Translations under genes and position numbers: made by a program
DNA from: a virus
Lineage: Duplodnaviria; Caudoviricetes
Strand: one strand, 5' to 3'
Length of the DNA: 64,000 nucleotides
IMG/VR virus record: IMGVR_UViG_3300037067_006113
Coordinates: 32,001 to 96,000 of that record
Part shown: in pieces, positions 46,597 through 57,461 of the stretch
Numbering within the stretch: position 1 is the first letter of the stretch
Layout of the letters: each line of letters opens with the position of its first letter
Notes under the pieces: model-generated
Databases searched by the model: none
Told to the model about the DNA's origin: nothing
Seen by the model: the letters and a program-made list of their open reading frames with translations, nothing else

Positions 46597-47682
46597 CTAA
46601 GTAAATTTTAGTTCATTTTTAAACACAAAGAATTTTATATTAAAAGTAATACTTGCATCAGTAAAACCAGTTTCTTCCGCGTAGAATACTATATCAGTTG
46701 TTGTTACTTTATAAGTTATTCTCCATGACGTTGTTGCACCAAATCCATAACTTGGCATGTATTCCCATTCTCCAGTTGGCAATTGAACAAAAGCCTCCAC
46801 ATATGGATAGTATCCAAGATTATGATTATAAGTAGCTGAACCTGCAACATAATCGTAGTCTATTTCTATTGTTATTGCTAGTGTGCCACTTGTATGATAC
46901 TTCAATGTTCCGAAGTTTGAGTTAAAAATGAAATGGCTCGGATTGAACGCTGTTAATACATCATAAGTTGGTTTTGTGACAAAAACTCCATATAATGACG
47001 ATTGCAAAAGATATGCCTTAGCAGTACATGTTCTTGTTCGAGTAGTAGGAGTAATATTTCCTGTCAGATCTCCTTTCGCACCAACAGTTTTAGGTACTGC
47101 ATTTCTTATATCTGCCTTAACCGTGCATGTTTGCGTAGTAGTAGAAAGTGGTGGGGTATATGTTACTTCTAATAATGCACATTTTGAGTGGTTTCTATCA
47201 ACAGCATATACATCACCAAAACTACTACTACCATTCTCTTCCATAAGAAAACCCATAGCATTACCAGAAACCCAACCACCTCTATTAACTATTTCTTGAA
47301 CAATAGTACTTAAATCCACACTTGTATCAGTATGTCCTACCTCTTTTTCTATAGTAAAACTCCAACTTTTATTAGCTGTAGTATGATCTCTTCCAAATGG
47401 ACTAGTATCAAATGTTGCTGTATTATCCTCGTCTATTCCATATACTTTAACTTTTACATCTGCGTCGTCATCAAAAAGATTTGTACCTGCTGACATTACT
47501 GTTATTCGAGCGTCAGAAATTATAGAATCTTTTGGAATAGTTACATTAATAAACCTAAAAGCTGGTTCCCAAGGCCAAGAAGCAAAACCGATACTTATTT
47601 CATCTGTTTCTTTACTCCAATTTCCATTAGCTAAGAATCCGTCGTCATGACTTTCGGCTACATGTGCTGAAAAACTTGCCAT
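46597..47682 (-). CDS. tail/receptor-binding protein with beta-sandwich domain and repeat linker
   Basis: FRFINVTIPKDSIISDARI..IVQEIVNRGGWVSGNA module; start placed at MASFSAH. Confidence 0.7.
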   Translation of the reverse strand: MASFSAHVAESHDDGFLANGNWSKETDEISIGFASWPWEPAFRFINVTIPKDSIISDARITVMSAGTNLFDDDADVKVKVYGIDEDNTATFDTSPFGRDHTTANKSWSFTIEKEVGHTDTSVDLSTIVQEIVNRGGWVSGNAMGFLMEENGSSSFGDVYAVDRNHSKCALLEVTYTPPLSTTTQTCTVKADIRNAVPKTVGAKGDLTGNITPTTRTRTCTAKAYLLQSSLYGVFVTKPTYDVLTAFNPSHFIFNSNFGTLKYHTSGTLAITIEIDYDYVAGSATYNHNLGYYPYVEAFVQLPTGEWEYMPSYGFGATTSWRITYKVTTTDIVFYAEETGFTDASITFNIKFFVFKNELKFT

Positions 47683-47683
47683 A

Positions 47684-48091
47684 CTATATCGCCTCCAGAC
47701 AAAAATACCTAACTTTAATAGTTCTCTCACTTGTATCGGTATTATTAAATGTAAATATTATATTAGTAGCGTCTGATTTTATTGATAAAAACTTAACTCC
47801 TGTACCAAATATACCTACCTTTCCACTATACCAATTAATATCTTCTGAATTTGGTGGGAATACCTCACTTTCTGCGTCGTCTTTAGCAAAAGCTGTTACT
47901 AATGGAGTAAATAGCATTTCATGTATTTCAGTAAATACTTGATTATCAGTACTAGCCGTCAGAACGCATGTTTTAATTCCAGTTTTTACAATCTTGAATG
48001 TATTATAATCCGAATGGAATACAAAATTGTTTGGATCTGTTTCTGTGGTAACATCTTTAGTTTTTTTTGTAATTGCAATTATGTAACTCAT
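47684..48091 (-). CDS. minor tail protein
   Basis: Paralogous to the C-terminal domains of both neighbours. Confidence 0.65.
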   Translation of the reverse strand: MSYIIAITKKTKDVTTETDPNNFVFHSDYNTFKIVKTGIKTCVLTASTDNQVFTEIHEMLFTPLVTAFAKDDAESEVFPPNSEDINWYSGKVGIFGTGVKFLSIKSDATNIIFTFNNTDTSERTIKVRYFCLEAI

Positions 48092-49122
48092 GATATTTGA
48101 TCATAAAATATATAATACTTAAATGTTTTTGCACTATCTGTGTTGTTCCAAAGTGTTAAATATGTATTACCTATAGTAAAATAGACACTTGGAAATGTAG
48201 GACTATCGTAAGTACTTATAGGTTGACCATAAGATTTGGTATATACACCAGTTGTTTCTTCAACAAATACCAATACAAACGGTATATATGCTAATCCATG
48301 TGCTATTTCTACATAGTCTGTAGCTGGTACAGACGTACTTCCCCTCGTTTTTTCTTTAATTAAAACATTATCATATGTATCGTCAGCGACTGACCATAAC
48401 GCGAAATTATCTAATTCCGTTTCAGTGCCAGCGTCATATCCAGGTAGTGCTACCTTAATTCCATAACTACTACCTATTTTACCAATAATAACCTGATCAT
48501 TTGTAGTATCGTTGACTACTATTACACCATTATCTAAATCAAAGTATGTTTTTCCATTGGCCGACGATATCCTACCTGTAGTGACAACATCACCGTCAAT
48601 AGTTGTTCCTTTGGGTATAAATGGATAAACATTGCATTTACCAGTTCCAACTGCTACTGGATCTACTATTACAAGTGGTATATTTGTAGAACTTTGTGCT
48701 GTACTTTCATGCGGAGTTTTCTTCAATGTAGAAGTTTCATCAAAGTAAATATAATTCTTCTCAGTTAGATCACCTGTAGTACCAGCATTTATTGAAGTTA
48801 TAGTACCATCTGCAAAAACTATTACTCCAGCCGACCATGAACATGTATTCTCATCATCTGGTGTCCATACAATATCTTCCGCGTATCTTTTATTTCCTAT
48901 AACAAGTTTATCAGTAGTTACAATTAGTGCGGATAATCCTTCAGTAGTTATATAACCACCATCAATTAATGTTTGACCAATAGAATTGTAAACATATATT
49001 TTTCCGTGATATATTATTAACTTTGTAGGTTCACCTGGATCTCCTATACAGACTCTTTCAACAACTTCTTCACCACCAGCTAATCTAGACGCACTTTTTA
49101 TTTCATCTAATAATCCACTCAT
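48088..49122 (-). CDS. minor tail protein
   Basis: TIDGDVVTTGRISS..TYFDLDNG tail motif. Confidence 0.7.
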   Translation of the reverse strand: MSGLLDEIKSASRLAGGEEVVERVCIGDPGEPTKLIIYHGKIYVYNSIGQTLIDGGYITTEGLSALIVTTDKLVIGNKRYAEDIVWTPDDENTCSWSAGVIVFADGTITSINAGTTGDLTEKNYIYFDETSTLKKTPHESTAQSSTNIPLVIVDPVAVGTGKCNVYPFIPKGTTIDGDVVTTGRISSANGKTYFDLDNGVIVVNDTTNDQVIIGKIGSSYGIKVALPGYDAGTETELDNFALWSVADDTYDNVLIKEKTRGSTSVPATDYVEIAHGLAYIPFVLVFVEETTGVYTKSYGQPISTYDSPTFPSVYFTIGNTYLTLWNNTDSAKTFKYYIFYDQIS

Positions 49123-49769
49123 GTTTTCTTTCCTATCAAGACTCTGTTAACTGAATCCTCGTCGTTAACAACTAATCTATTATTACTTAAATCAAAATAT
49201 GTTTTACTATCTATTGATTGAACTTTTCCAGTAACAATTTGATCTCCTTTTATTGTTGTTCCACCTGAACTAATTGGCGTAATAATACATTTTCCACCTG
49301 TATCTCCTATCTCAACAATTGCAAGTAATCTCTTTGTATCACCTAAAGCAGATATAATATTGGTTGTAGTAGCAAGAGTTGAACTATTGTTATAATAAAT
49401 ATATGTAGTTGCAGCAATATTTCCTGTATTTCCAGCTAATATAGTTGTTGTAGTTCCGTCAGCCCATGTGATTGTTCCAGCCGACCAAGAACATGTATTC
49501 TCGTCTGTTGCTGTCCAAACCAAATCATGAAGAAATCCTTGAGAACTCACAGTTAATTTACTAGCTGTGATTGAGTTCGCTAATAGCGCACCTGTCATTA
49601 CATAACCACCGTCAATGACTGTTTCTCCATTTTCACCATATAAGTACAACTTACCATTATGAATAATAAGTTCTCCTGGCATACCGTTATCACCAATTTC
49701 CATTACATCAATTGGTCTAAACATATTCGGTAATCTACTTCCACTTGGTATTTTTACTTCTGTTGCCAT
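49119..49769 (-). CDS. minor tail protein (paralog of the N-terminus of 48088-49122)
   Basis: Shared DENTCSWSAG..ADGT motif; ANSITASKL. Confidence 0.7.
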   Translation of the reverse strand: MATEVKIPSGSRLPNMFRPIDVMEIGDNGMPGELIIHNGKLYLYGENGETVIDGGYVMTGALLANSITASKLTVSSQGFLHDLVWTATDENTCSWSAGTITWADGTTTTILAGNTGNIAATTYIYYNNSSTLATTTNIISALGDTKRLLAIVEIGDTGGKCIITPISSGGTTIKGDQIVTGKVQSIDSKTYFDLSNNRLVVNDEDSVNRVLIGKKT

Positions 49770-49781
49770 ATTATTCTCCTA

Positions 49782-52370
49782 TTAAATATGTGCCTTTGCG
49801 GTCACAGTCTGAGTTGAAAATGTACCAATTCTTGCCTTTGCGTCAACTCTCGCGATAGACGGGAATAGGTATGGATTAACCATTGTTAATTTCTGCATAA
49901 ATCCACCATCATCTAATGTCCAATCAATTGTATCAATCATATAATTCTTAAATACACCAGGTAAATATTCAACTGAAAGAGTATCACCACAAACAATATA
50001 TGGAATTCCAATTATTCCTATTTTGAATAAATTTATTGCATCTTGTCGTCTCCATAATTCTTCATATGCAATAGCTGTGGCAGCATACTCGTCTTGAACA
50101 AAATCATTTTGTATTTCTAAGTCTTGTCTTCCATAATTGGCAATACTCGGATCGTCTGTAGCAGTAACGGATATATAGTTTAGAATTCTTGCAGGATTAC
50201 CACGAATCTGGAATTTTGTTAGATATGCGTCCGTAGCACCATTGTTGACTACTGTTAAAAACACAGCATTTCCATAGTTTGTGAAGTTAGTAACGGATAT
50301 ATTGTCCGTGAGATCTGTTCCAGTACCATCCTGTAAACTATTGGCTGTGTAATCAGTATTTGCTATTGGAGTAATAAATAATGTACATGGATCTTCTAAA
50401 TCCAACCATGCATTTTGACTTCCATTACCAGGTACCATTACTAATGTATCTGAATATGGATCTAAGTATGCAACATTACCATTATTCCATATTACTTGAA
50501 CTCCAGCATTGGCTCTTGGTTTAGCTTGAACAGTAACGGCATTCTTAACCTGGTGTTCGGCAACAGAATAATCCAATTCAGTAACCCAATCATCTTGAGT
50601 TAAAGCAATAACATACGATCTATTATGTAATCTTTCTCTATTCCAGAATTTTAATATACCGTCTCTATCAAAGAATACTCTACCGCGCTCTGCCGAGGCT
50701 ATCTCACCCATAATTGGCCATACATTTCGATCTTCAAAATATCCGAAGTTTACCACATGAACTCCAGTATCAAAACTATATAAAGAAGGATCTAAGTAAT
50801 CAGTATCTTTCATACCTAGAGCTAGTTTGTATAGTATGACAAGTAATTCCTCACTTCTTTTATCTTCATATACAATTCCATTTGCTCGTTTATTACTTAC
50901 AATAACTTGATTATCATAACATTCAAAACTACATACTCCAGTCTTAGTATTTGGGTGAATATTCTTAATATATCCAGTAAATAATCTATATGTATATCCA
51001 CCCATTATTATAGATATTCTAATTGGTACTCTTGGTTTCAAATACGCATAAATTGGTGATAGTGTGTTACCTGGAGTAAATCTACCAGTGGTATTATCTA
51101 CTTCTATGTCTAAAGTTGCAGCTACACCTTCGCCAGATTCATCTGACATTTGTTCATTACCTTGAGCACTTATAAAATAATCGGTTTCGTCAGTCCAAGT
51201 TATTCCATCCCATTGCATTTTGACTTCTACGTCTATTACGCGTGCCACTTTATTAACCTCGTCTATAAAAGATTGTGAAGGATATATATTTGCTCTTGCA
51301 AAAGCTGTTCGTGTTGTTGTTGAAAATATATCTATTTTTGCTTTAGCAGTTACCGTTCGAGTAGTTAATATGCACATATTAGCTTTTGCGGTAACTGTAC
51401 GTGTAGTTGTTACTCGTATATTGGCTTTAGAAGTGATAGTTCTTGTTATTACTTTAAATATACTTGCCTTTGTAGTAATTGTTCGTGTTTTAGTTGCTCG
51501 TATATTAGCTTTTGAGGTAACAGTTTTTGTTAATGATATTTTTATTCTAGCTTTAGAAGTGGTTGTTCTAGACACACTTCCTGGTACACAAGCTTTAGCT
51601 GTTACTGTTTGTGTTTTGCTTACTTTAATTCTACCTTTAGCAGTTACAGTGTTTGTTCTTGGTTGTTGTAATCTGGATTTAGCTGTAGCAGTTTTACTTT
51701 CTATAAATAACTGATATTGTTCGGTCTCAGATAATGCTTTAGAGAAAATTGCAAAATCATCTAATTTATTAGTTAAGAATTCTGCATTTGCAGAACTTTC
51801 ACCTGCACACCAATAACAACCTAACCTACATGACGTATTAGTTCCGTATGCATTATAGTATGCCCAAGCAGTTGTTGCACTCCATACACCATCAATATAT
51901 ATTTTTAGATTGGTACCATCCTGAGTTATAGCAACAAAATGCCATTTATCATCACATACATTTACAGTACCAGTTACACGAGCAAAATGTCCGGCACCCG
52001 AACCTGTGTTTTTCCATGAAGTTAATAGTGGATATCCATTTGCATCATTATTTATATACCATCCACCATAATAACCACCATTCAAGCCCATAGCATCAGC
52101 TACCAATGTATTTTTGGTTGTACCTTTTATTCTAAACGTCCAAGATACTGCACCTGTTTGTTTCCAATAGGAATTATTATCAGAAGCGGAAAAAGCGTCA
52201 TTACTATCAAGATCTACAGCACCTCCATATATACCAGTAGTATCAGCTGGATCGGAAATAGCGGTTAATGCTGCGTGTCCTTTTGTATCAGTTGTCAGAG
52301 CACCACTTTCAAAGCGGTAATATACCTGGCAATAGCCTTCGCTATATAGTGAGTTGGTTATAAGTTCCAT
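49782..52370 (-). CDS. tail tip/hub protein with N-terminal LamG-like lectin domain and 14-aa repeats
   Basis: DDKWHFVAIT..KIYIDG..LDDFAIFSKALS; GRVFFDRDGILKF. Confidence 0.8.
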   Translation of the reverse strand: MELITNSLYSEGYCQVYYRFESGALTTDTKGHAALTAISDPADTTGIYGGAVDLDSNDAFSASDNNSYWKQTGAVSWTFRIKGTTKNTLVADAMGLNGGYYGGWYINNDANGYPLLTSWKNTGSGAGHFARVTGTVNVCDDKWHFVAITQDGTNLKIYIDGVWSATTAWAYYNAYGTNTSCRLGCYWCAGESSANAEFLTNKLDDFAIFSKALSETEQYQLFIESKTATAKSRLQQPRTNTVTAKGRIKVSKTQTVTAKACVPGSVSRTTTSKARIKISLTKTVTSKANIRATKTRTITTKASIFKVITRTITSKANIRVTTTRTVTAKANMCILTTRTVTAKAKIDIFSTTTRTAFARANIYPSQSFIDEVNKVARVIDVEVKMQWDGITWTDETDYFISAQGNEQMSDESGEGVAATLDIEVDNTTGRFTPGNTLSPIYAYLKPRVPIRISIIMGGYTYRLFTGYIKNIHPNTKTGVCSFECYDNQVIVSNKRANGIVYEDKRSEELLVILYKLALGMKDTDYLDPSLYSFDTGVHVVNFGYFEDRNVWPIMGEIASAERGRVFFDRDGILKFWNRERLHNRSYVIALTQDDWVTELDYSVAEHQVKNAVTVQAKPRANAGVQVIWNNGNVAYLDPYSDTLVMVPGNGSQNAWLDLEDPCTLFITPIANTDYTANSLQDGTGTDLTDNISVTNFTNYGNAVFLTVVNNGATDAYLTKFQIRGNPARILNYISVTATDDPSIANYGRQDLEIQNDFVQDEYAATAIAYEELWRRQDAINLFKIGIIGIPYIVCGDTLSVEYLPGVFKNYMIDTIDWTLDDGGFMQKLTMVNPYLFPSIARVDAKARIGTFSTQTVTAKAHI

Positions 52371-52394
52371 ATTTGTATACCTCTATCTTTTCAA

Positions 52395-52766
52395 TTAAAT
52401 CCTACTACTAACTTCAGTTAATGTTAGTGTTACACTTGAATAATAAGTTGAATCACCAACACCAACCATTAAAGTTCTAGCGGATAGAGTTCCTAGGCAA
52501 CTTACAGCAGTAGCACTTTGTGGCCATTTACCATAGGTGAAGTTAGCAGCTACTAATCCATTAATAACTGTTTCTAAGTTATTATAATCAGTAACTGACA
52601 TATAATCCCATCTCATTGTATATTGGTACTTTCTAGCCATCACGTCGCGTCTAGTTTTACCACCTAATGTTATATTGTCCGCAGATATCCATAATGGAGT
52701 TATCACCGCTTCACTTGGAAATGGTAATGTGGCCGATCCCCATGTTGGTGCTGAAATATTTGCCAT
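52395..52766 (-). CDS. distal tail (Dit-like) protein
   Basis: Directly downstream of the tape measure; beta-rich; ends SVTLTLTEV. Confidence 0.6.
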   Translation of the reverse strand: MANISAPTWGSATLPFPSEAVITPLWISADNITLGGKTRRDVMARKYQYTMRWDYMSVTDYNNLETVINGLVAANFTYGKWPQSATAVSCLGTLSARTLMVGVGDSTYYSSVTLTLTEVSSRI

Positions 52767-52768
52767 AT

Positions 52769-55700
52769 TTACCTTCCTTCCTCAAATTTATCATACTCTT
52801 TTATCATTCTAACAAAATTTCTAACCTCACCTCTTGTGGCAATCATTTGGCTTGGTTGTATATAATAATTCTTGTTTACTGTAGATGAATTCGTTGTAGT
52901 AGGTACATTTTCTAGAGAATTGCCTTTTATGGAGGATATCTGTGTCGCTTGATCTGATATATTTGTACTTGCGTTGCTAACTATGGGGCTAATATCCATA
53001 TTAGCTGATAAATCAGTATCTGAAATCTTCTTAGCTACATCGTTTAAAGAATCTAGTGCGACAGAACTGAAATCATTAATACCAGATTTTAGACCTAACA
53101 TAATATCTTTTCCGAATCCTGCAAATACTGTAGATGGAGAGTGAATTCCAAGTGCATTCTTTATTCCATCTTTTATTTTATTCCATATATTATCAAAGTT
53201 ACCCTTAAGACTATCCCAAACATTTTTTACCCCCTGCCACAAACCGTTTATTAAATCTGCACCCCAACCGTATCCTTCTTGCCATATGTATTTCCAACCA
53301 GTTTTTATATATTCCAATGCTTTTCCTACTACTCCAGAAAGAAACTCAAATCTTGATTTCATACCGTTAGCTAAGTTTTCTATTAAAGAGGTTCCTGTAC
53401 TGTATATTACAGATCCCCATTCTTTAAACCTCTCTATTAGTGCGGTTTGAAATGCATTAGTCAAATCCCTTCCTTTACTTTTTGCTTCTTCATTATGTCT
53501 ATCCCAAGTTCCTTGACCAAAAATTGTATCTACAATAAATTTATCAAAAGTATCTCCCATTTCATCTTGAGCAGCTTTTACACCAGTAAAGAATGCTATA
53601 ATTGTTCCTACACCAGCATCTTTAGCTTTAGTTTTAGCATCTTCATAAGCCTTACCCATTCGATCCCATAAACCACCTGATTCAACTTCTGCTCCAGGAG
53701 TTAAAGACTCTTTCATTTGCTTTTGTAGATCTTCTACTTGTTTACTAAATTCTCCATATAACTTATTATATGCATCTACAGCATCCTGAGTTACTTCTGG
53801 TAATTCTGAAACACCTGCATCTTTCAAACTTTGAACCAAGTCTTTTTCCGCATCTAATTTATCTTGTAGTATACTTTCTTCTTCGTTGTATTTTTTTTGT
53901 AATTCATCCTTTTCGTCTTTTAGTAAGTCGAGTTTCTTTTGGTCAGAATCTTTAACTTTATCTAAGGCATCCTGTCTGGTTTTTAGTTCGTCTTCTATTA
54001 AGTCGACCTCTTTATCAACAACCGCTGTTCTTCTTTCTAAAGCATTTTTTAGGTCATCTAAATTACTTTCTGATACATCAACTTGTTGTTGAGCTTCATC
54101 GACTATAGCTTCTTGAGCTTTTATTTGTACATCATATGCCTTTGTAACTTTTATCTGTTCTTCTTGAGCAAGTTCATATGCTACTTGTGCATTTTTTACT
54201 CTTAGTTTAGCTGCTCGATAGCTTGCGTCATACTCATCATTTCCTAACTTTTTTTCGGTATCCAATGCTTCTTGAGCTGCGTCTAAACTCATTTTTGCTA
54301 GTTCTACTTCTCCTTTAGCTTTATCTACCGCACTGTCTTTTTCTTTTTCTAATGTACTTAATGTTGCTTTTTGAGCTGTAAGAATCTTTTTTGCGGCCTT
54401 TACAATATCTTCCTGAGCATCTATTTGCTCATTAGCCGCTCTTTTTTCGTCTTCCCATGCTTCTTTCTTTTGATCTAATATTTCTTGTTGTTTATCAACG
54501 GACTTTTGAGCTGATTCCACTTCTTTGTCCATTACTTTTTCGTATTTATCTACAGCATTTTGTTTAGATAAAAGTTCTTTATCATCCATTTTCTTTTTAT
54601 CTCTCAATTCTTTTTCTAATGCTTTTTCTTCTTTTTCAGCTAATTCAAGTTTCTTTTTTCTACTTTCTTCTTGTTGTTTATCTTCTGCTTCCTCTTCTTG
54701 AGTTTTAGGTTTTTTACCCGTTGGCGCAGTTGGTGCAGTTGGCATATTTACCTCTGGCATTGAAGGTAATTTTAATTTTACCCCGAATACTTTTCCAAGA
54801 AGATACATAGCACCGGCAACAGCTGCTATAACACCTAGTACAACTATAAATTGAATTGATAATGCCGCCAAACCAATTAAAAGAGTTTTTATTCCACCAA
54901 GTAAACTACCCATTGCCAATCCAGCAAAGGTCGACGCTTGGCCAAATACCGTCATTCCAGTAGCTGCTATGGTGGAAATTTGAGCAGTTGTTCTTAATGC
55001 TACTAATGCTTTACCAGACATAGTGATAAAAGTAACTAAACCAGATAATGGACTAACAAATAATGTGGTAAGGAGTAATACTAAAGGACCAATTAATGCC
55101 GCTAAACTAGCAAACAAAAATATTGCAGCTTTAACAATTGGATTAAGTGCTGCCCAACCTTTAGCTAAATTAGTTAGCCCAGTAACAGCTGTTTTCAAGA
55201 AGTAATTAACGTATGGAGCTAAATCCTTACCAACTGCATATCCTACTGCTTTAACTGAATTACCAAATACAGTCATTGTTCCTGATAAACTATTTGCTTG
55301 TGTTGCAAAATCGGCTGATAATAAAGTACCATTTTCAAATTCTTGGTTAGCTCGTTTTTGTAAATCAATTAATAGTTCAGTATTTTGTAATAAGGGCAAT
55401 AGAGCTCTCATTGAGGTTTTACCGAATATTTCCTCAATTTTGTCTACTTCAGCTATTCTTCCACCTATAGCACCATATCTATTAACAAGTTCGATTAACA
55501 CACCCATCATGTCGTTTTGCATTCTGTCACTAATTTCTTTGACACCCGAATCAGCATAACCAAGTGATTGTGCTACTTTATCGGCATTTTTCGACATATC
55601 TAAAAAGATTGTACTTAATTCTGTTCCAGCTCTATTTGCTTGAACACCAGAAGCAACTAATGTTCCAACTAATGCTGTTGTATCAGCTAAACTTAAACCG

Positions 55701-56611
55701 AATGTAGCTGCTGTTCCAGCTGCTCTTCTCATACCATCTGTAATTTCACCTAATCCACCAGGAACCGCTTTTGCTACTACTAAAAGAGTAGAAGCTATAT
55801 TATTTACCTTTCCCCAATTATCACCTGTTTCACCAAATGCAATAGATAACTTTGCAAGTTTTTCAGCAAGATCTTCTATTGGTAATCCTTTTAAGGCATC
55901 TCCACCAACTTGTGATAATTCAACAGCGGCTCTTGAGAAGTTGGTAATTGCCTGTTCCCCAGTTACACCAGCCTGTGCAGCAGCATAACCAGCCTTAATT
56001 AGATCATCTACAGTTAATGGTACTTGAGTGGATATATCAATGAAGTTTTGAACTATTTTATTAGATTCTTGGCTAGTAATTTCAGCAGCTCTTTGAATTG
56101 CTATAGTACCTTTTTCCCAGTCAGTAAAAGTTTTTATTGATAATCCAGCGGCAGCAACTATTGGTATTGTAAAGTTAGTTACCATTGCTCTACCAAATTG
56201 CAATAGACCAGTTTGAACTAACCATAATGAACTAGATAAACCTTTTAGACCATCTGTCATTTGCTTCAAACTTTGAGTAGCCTCGTTCTCTTTACCAACA
56301 ACAGATCCCATTTCTTTTATAGCCATTTGGTTAAGTGCAGTTTGGTTTTTGGCGATTTCGGTATTTTGTTTAGCGAGTTCTTTTGTTAATGGTTGTATGG
56401 AATTTACAGCTTCTCGTGCTAATTTACCTAATTCTGAATTTGATTTAGCAATATTCTGAATAGTTTGAGCATTAAATTTCTCAATTTCTTTACCAGCCTC
56501 TATCGCGGCTTTAGAAAATTTGGTTAGAGCGTCTACTCCTTGTTGCAATGAACCTGCAAAAGGTTTTGCGTCTCCAGATAATTGTAATAGTATTTCACCT
56601 ACTGTCGCCAT
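52769..56611 (-). CDS. tape measure protein (TP901-type core)
   Basis: About 1280 aa, Ala/Gly-rich helical, hydrophobic segment, coiled coil, ALGIHSPSTVF; start placed at MATVGEI. Confidence 0.93.
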   Translation of the reverse strand: MATVGEILLQLSGDAKPFAGSLQQGVDALTKFSKAAIEAGKEIEKFNAQTIQNIAKSNSELGKLAREAVNSIQPLTKELAKQNTEIAKNQTALNQMAIKEMGSVVGKENEATQSLKQMTDGLKGLSSSLWLVQTGLLQFGRAMVTNFTIPIVAAAGLSIKTFTDWEKGTIAIQRAAEITSQESNKIVQNFIDISTQVPLTVDDLIKAGYAAAQAGVTGEQAITNFSRAAVELSQVGGDALKGLPIEDLAEKLAKLSIAFGETGDNWGKVNNIASTLLVVAKAVPGGLGEITDGMRRAAGTAATFGLSLADTTALVGTLVASGVQANRAGTELSTIFLDMSKNADKVAQSLGYADSGVKEISDRMQNDMMGVLIELVNRYGAIGGRIAEVDKIEEIFGKTSMRALLPLLQNTELLIDLQKRANQEFENGTLLSADFATQANSLSGTMTVFGNSVKAVGYAVGKDLAPYVNYFLKTAVTGLTNLAKGWAALNPIVKAAIFLFASLAALIGPLVLLLTTLFVSPLSGLVTFITMSGKALVALRTTAQISTIAATGMTVFGQASTFAGLAMGSLLGGIKTLLIGLAALSIQFIVVLGVIAAVAGAMYLLGKVFGVKLKLPSMPEVNMPTAPTAPTGKKPKTQEEEAEDKQQEESRKKKLELAEKEEKALEKELRDKKKMDDKELLSKQNAVDKYEKVMDKEVESAQKSVDKQQEILDQKKEAWEDEKRAANEQIDAQEDIVKAAKKILTAQKATLSTLEKEKDSAVDKAKGEVELAKMSLDAAQEALDTEKKLGNDEYDASYRAAKLRVKNAQVAYELAQEEQIKVTKAYDVQIKAQEAIVDEAQQQVDVSESNLDDLKNALERRTAVVDKEVDLIEDELKTRQDALDKVKDSDQKKLDLLKDEKDELQKKYNEEESILQDKLDAEKDLVQSLKDAGVSELPEVTQDAVDAYNKLYGEFSKQVEDLQKQMKESLTPGAEVESGGLWDRMGKAYEDAKTKAKDAGVGTIIAFFTGVKAAQDEMGDTFDKFIVDTIFGQGTWDRHNEEAKSKGRDLTNAFQTALIERFKEWGSVIYSTGTSLIENLANGMKSRFEFLSGVVGKALEYIKTGWKYIWQEGYGWGADLINGLWQGVKNVWDSLKGNFDNIWNKIKDGIKNALGIHSPSTVFAGFGKDIMLGLKSGINDFSSVALDSLNDVAKKISDTDLSANMDISPIVSNASTNISDQATQISSIKGNSLENVPTTTNSSTVNKNYYIQPSQMIATRGEVRNFVRMIKEYDKFEEGR

Positions 56612-56612
56612 A

Positions 56613-57005
56613 TTATTTTTCCCTATATATGACACCTCTCAAATTACTTGGGATTTGAGAAACGCCACTAATATCAGTTATTGTTCTATCACTTTGTTTT
56701 TCATCTTCTGGAAATGGAATAGGTATATCTACCCATTTACCAGCTGATTTTTTATCAGCGTGAATCATAAAGTGGAACTTTAGTTCAGCGTTTCTTTCAT
56801 CTGCCGAGAAGTTCGCTGCAATTTGGACTAATTTCCAGAATTCCTCCCAAAAGAGTTCTTCCTCGCAATATCTTTTAGTCCACCCGTAGCGAGTAGCAAG
56901 TGTATCTATACACCATAAGAAAAAGTCGACCTTCGGAGCTCTTATCCTTGATTTACTTGTGGGAACTGTGCCCCTAACTCCTTCATAGGGGCGACGAAGT
57001 TTTTT
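56613..57005 (-). CDS. -1 frameshift extension of the tail assembly chaperone (gpGT analogue)
   Basis: A-AAA-AAC slippery site at 56999-57005, downstream hairpin, -1 frame open to TAA at 56613. Confidence 0.85.
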   Translation of the reverse strand, partial: KKLRRPYEGVRGTVPTSKSRIRAPKVDFFLWCIDTLATRYGWTKRYCEEELFWEEFWKLVQIAANFSADERNAELKFHFMIHADKKSAGKWVDIPIPFPEDEKQSDRTITDISGVSQIPSNLRGVIYREK

Positions 57006-57424
57006 AGGTTTTCGCTAACCCTATTAAGATTAAAGCAAATCTTAAATGCTTCTGTTATTTGTTCTGGATAAGATTCTTCACGGATTTTTTCTTGTGTGAT
57101 TTCAACGGTTTGATCTTGATTATCACCAGTTGTTGCTTTGTAGCAACAAACGGCAATAAATTTTGTCATATTCTCTGGCCAAGATTCGAACATGCTGACT
57201 ATTAGTTTATCTAAGTCAACTTGTGCTTCACCCTCCCTGTTTTCTGAAGTTTTTGGAGCCATACTCCTAATAGTATCCATGTATATTTTTAAGGCTTCAT
57301 AGAACTTTCCAGCTCTAAGCCTATATATTGTATATTTATTATCTCCAATTGTTACTTCTGCTTTATTTTCAAAAACAGAAGAAACCCCAGACTCTGTGGG
57401 TTCTTTTAATTCTTTATCTTCCAT
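56942..57424 (-). CDS. tail assembly chaperone (gpG analogue)
   Basis: Between the major tail and tape measure genes. Confidence 0.85.
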   Translation of the reverse strand: MEDKELKEPTESGVSSVFENKAEVTIGDNKYTIYRLRAGKFYEALKIYMDTIRSMAPKTSENREGEAQVDLDKLIVSMFESWPENMTKFIAVCCYKATTGDNQDQTVEITQEKIREESYPEQITEAFKICFNLNRVSENLKNFVAPMKELGAQFPQVNQG

Positions 57425-57461
57425 ATAAACCTCCCTACTAATTTATATAACCTCATCAAGT

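Noticed and set aside
48810-49520. DGR template/variable repeat pair in the tail genes
   Set aside because: Differences are not adenine-specific, both copies are coding paralogs, and no reverse transcriptase is in the window
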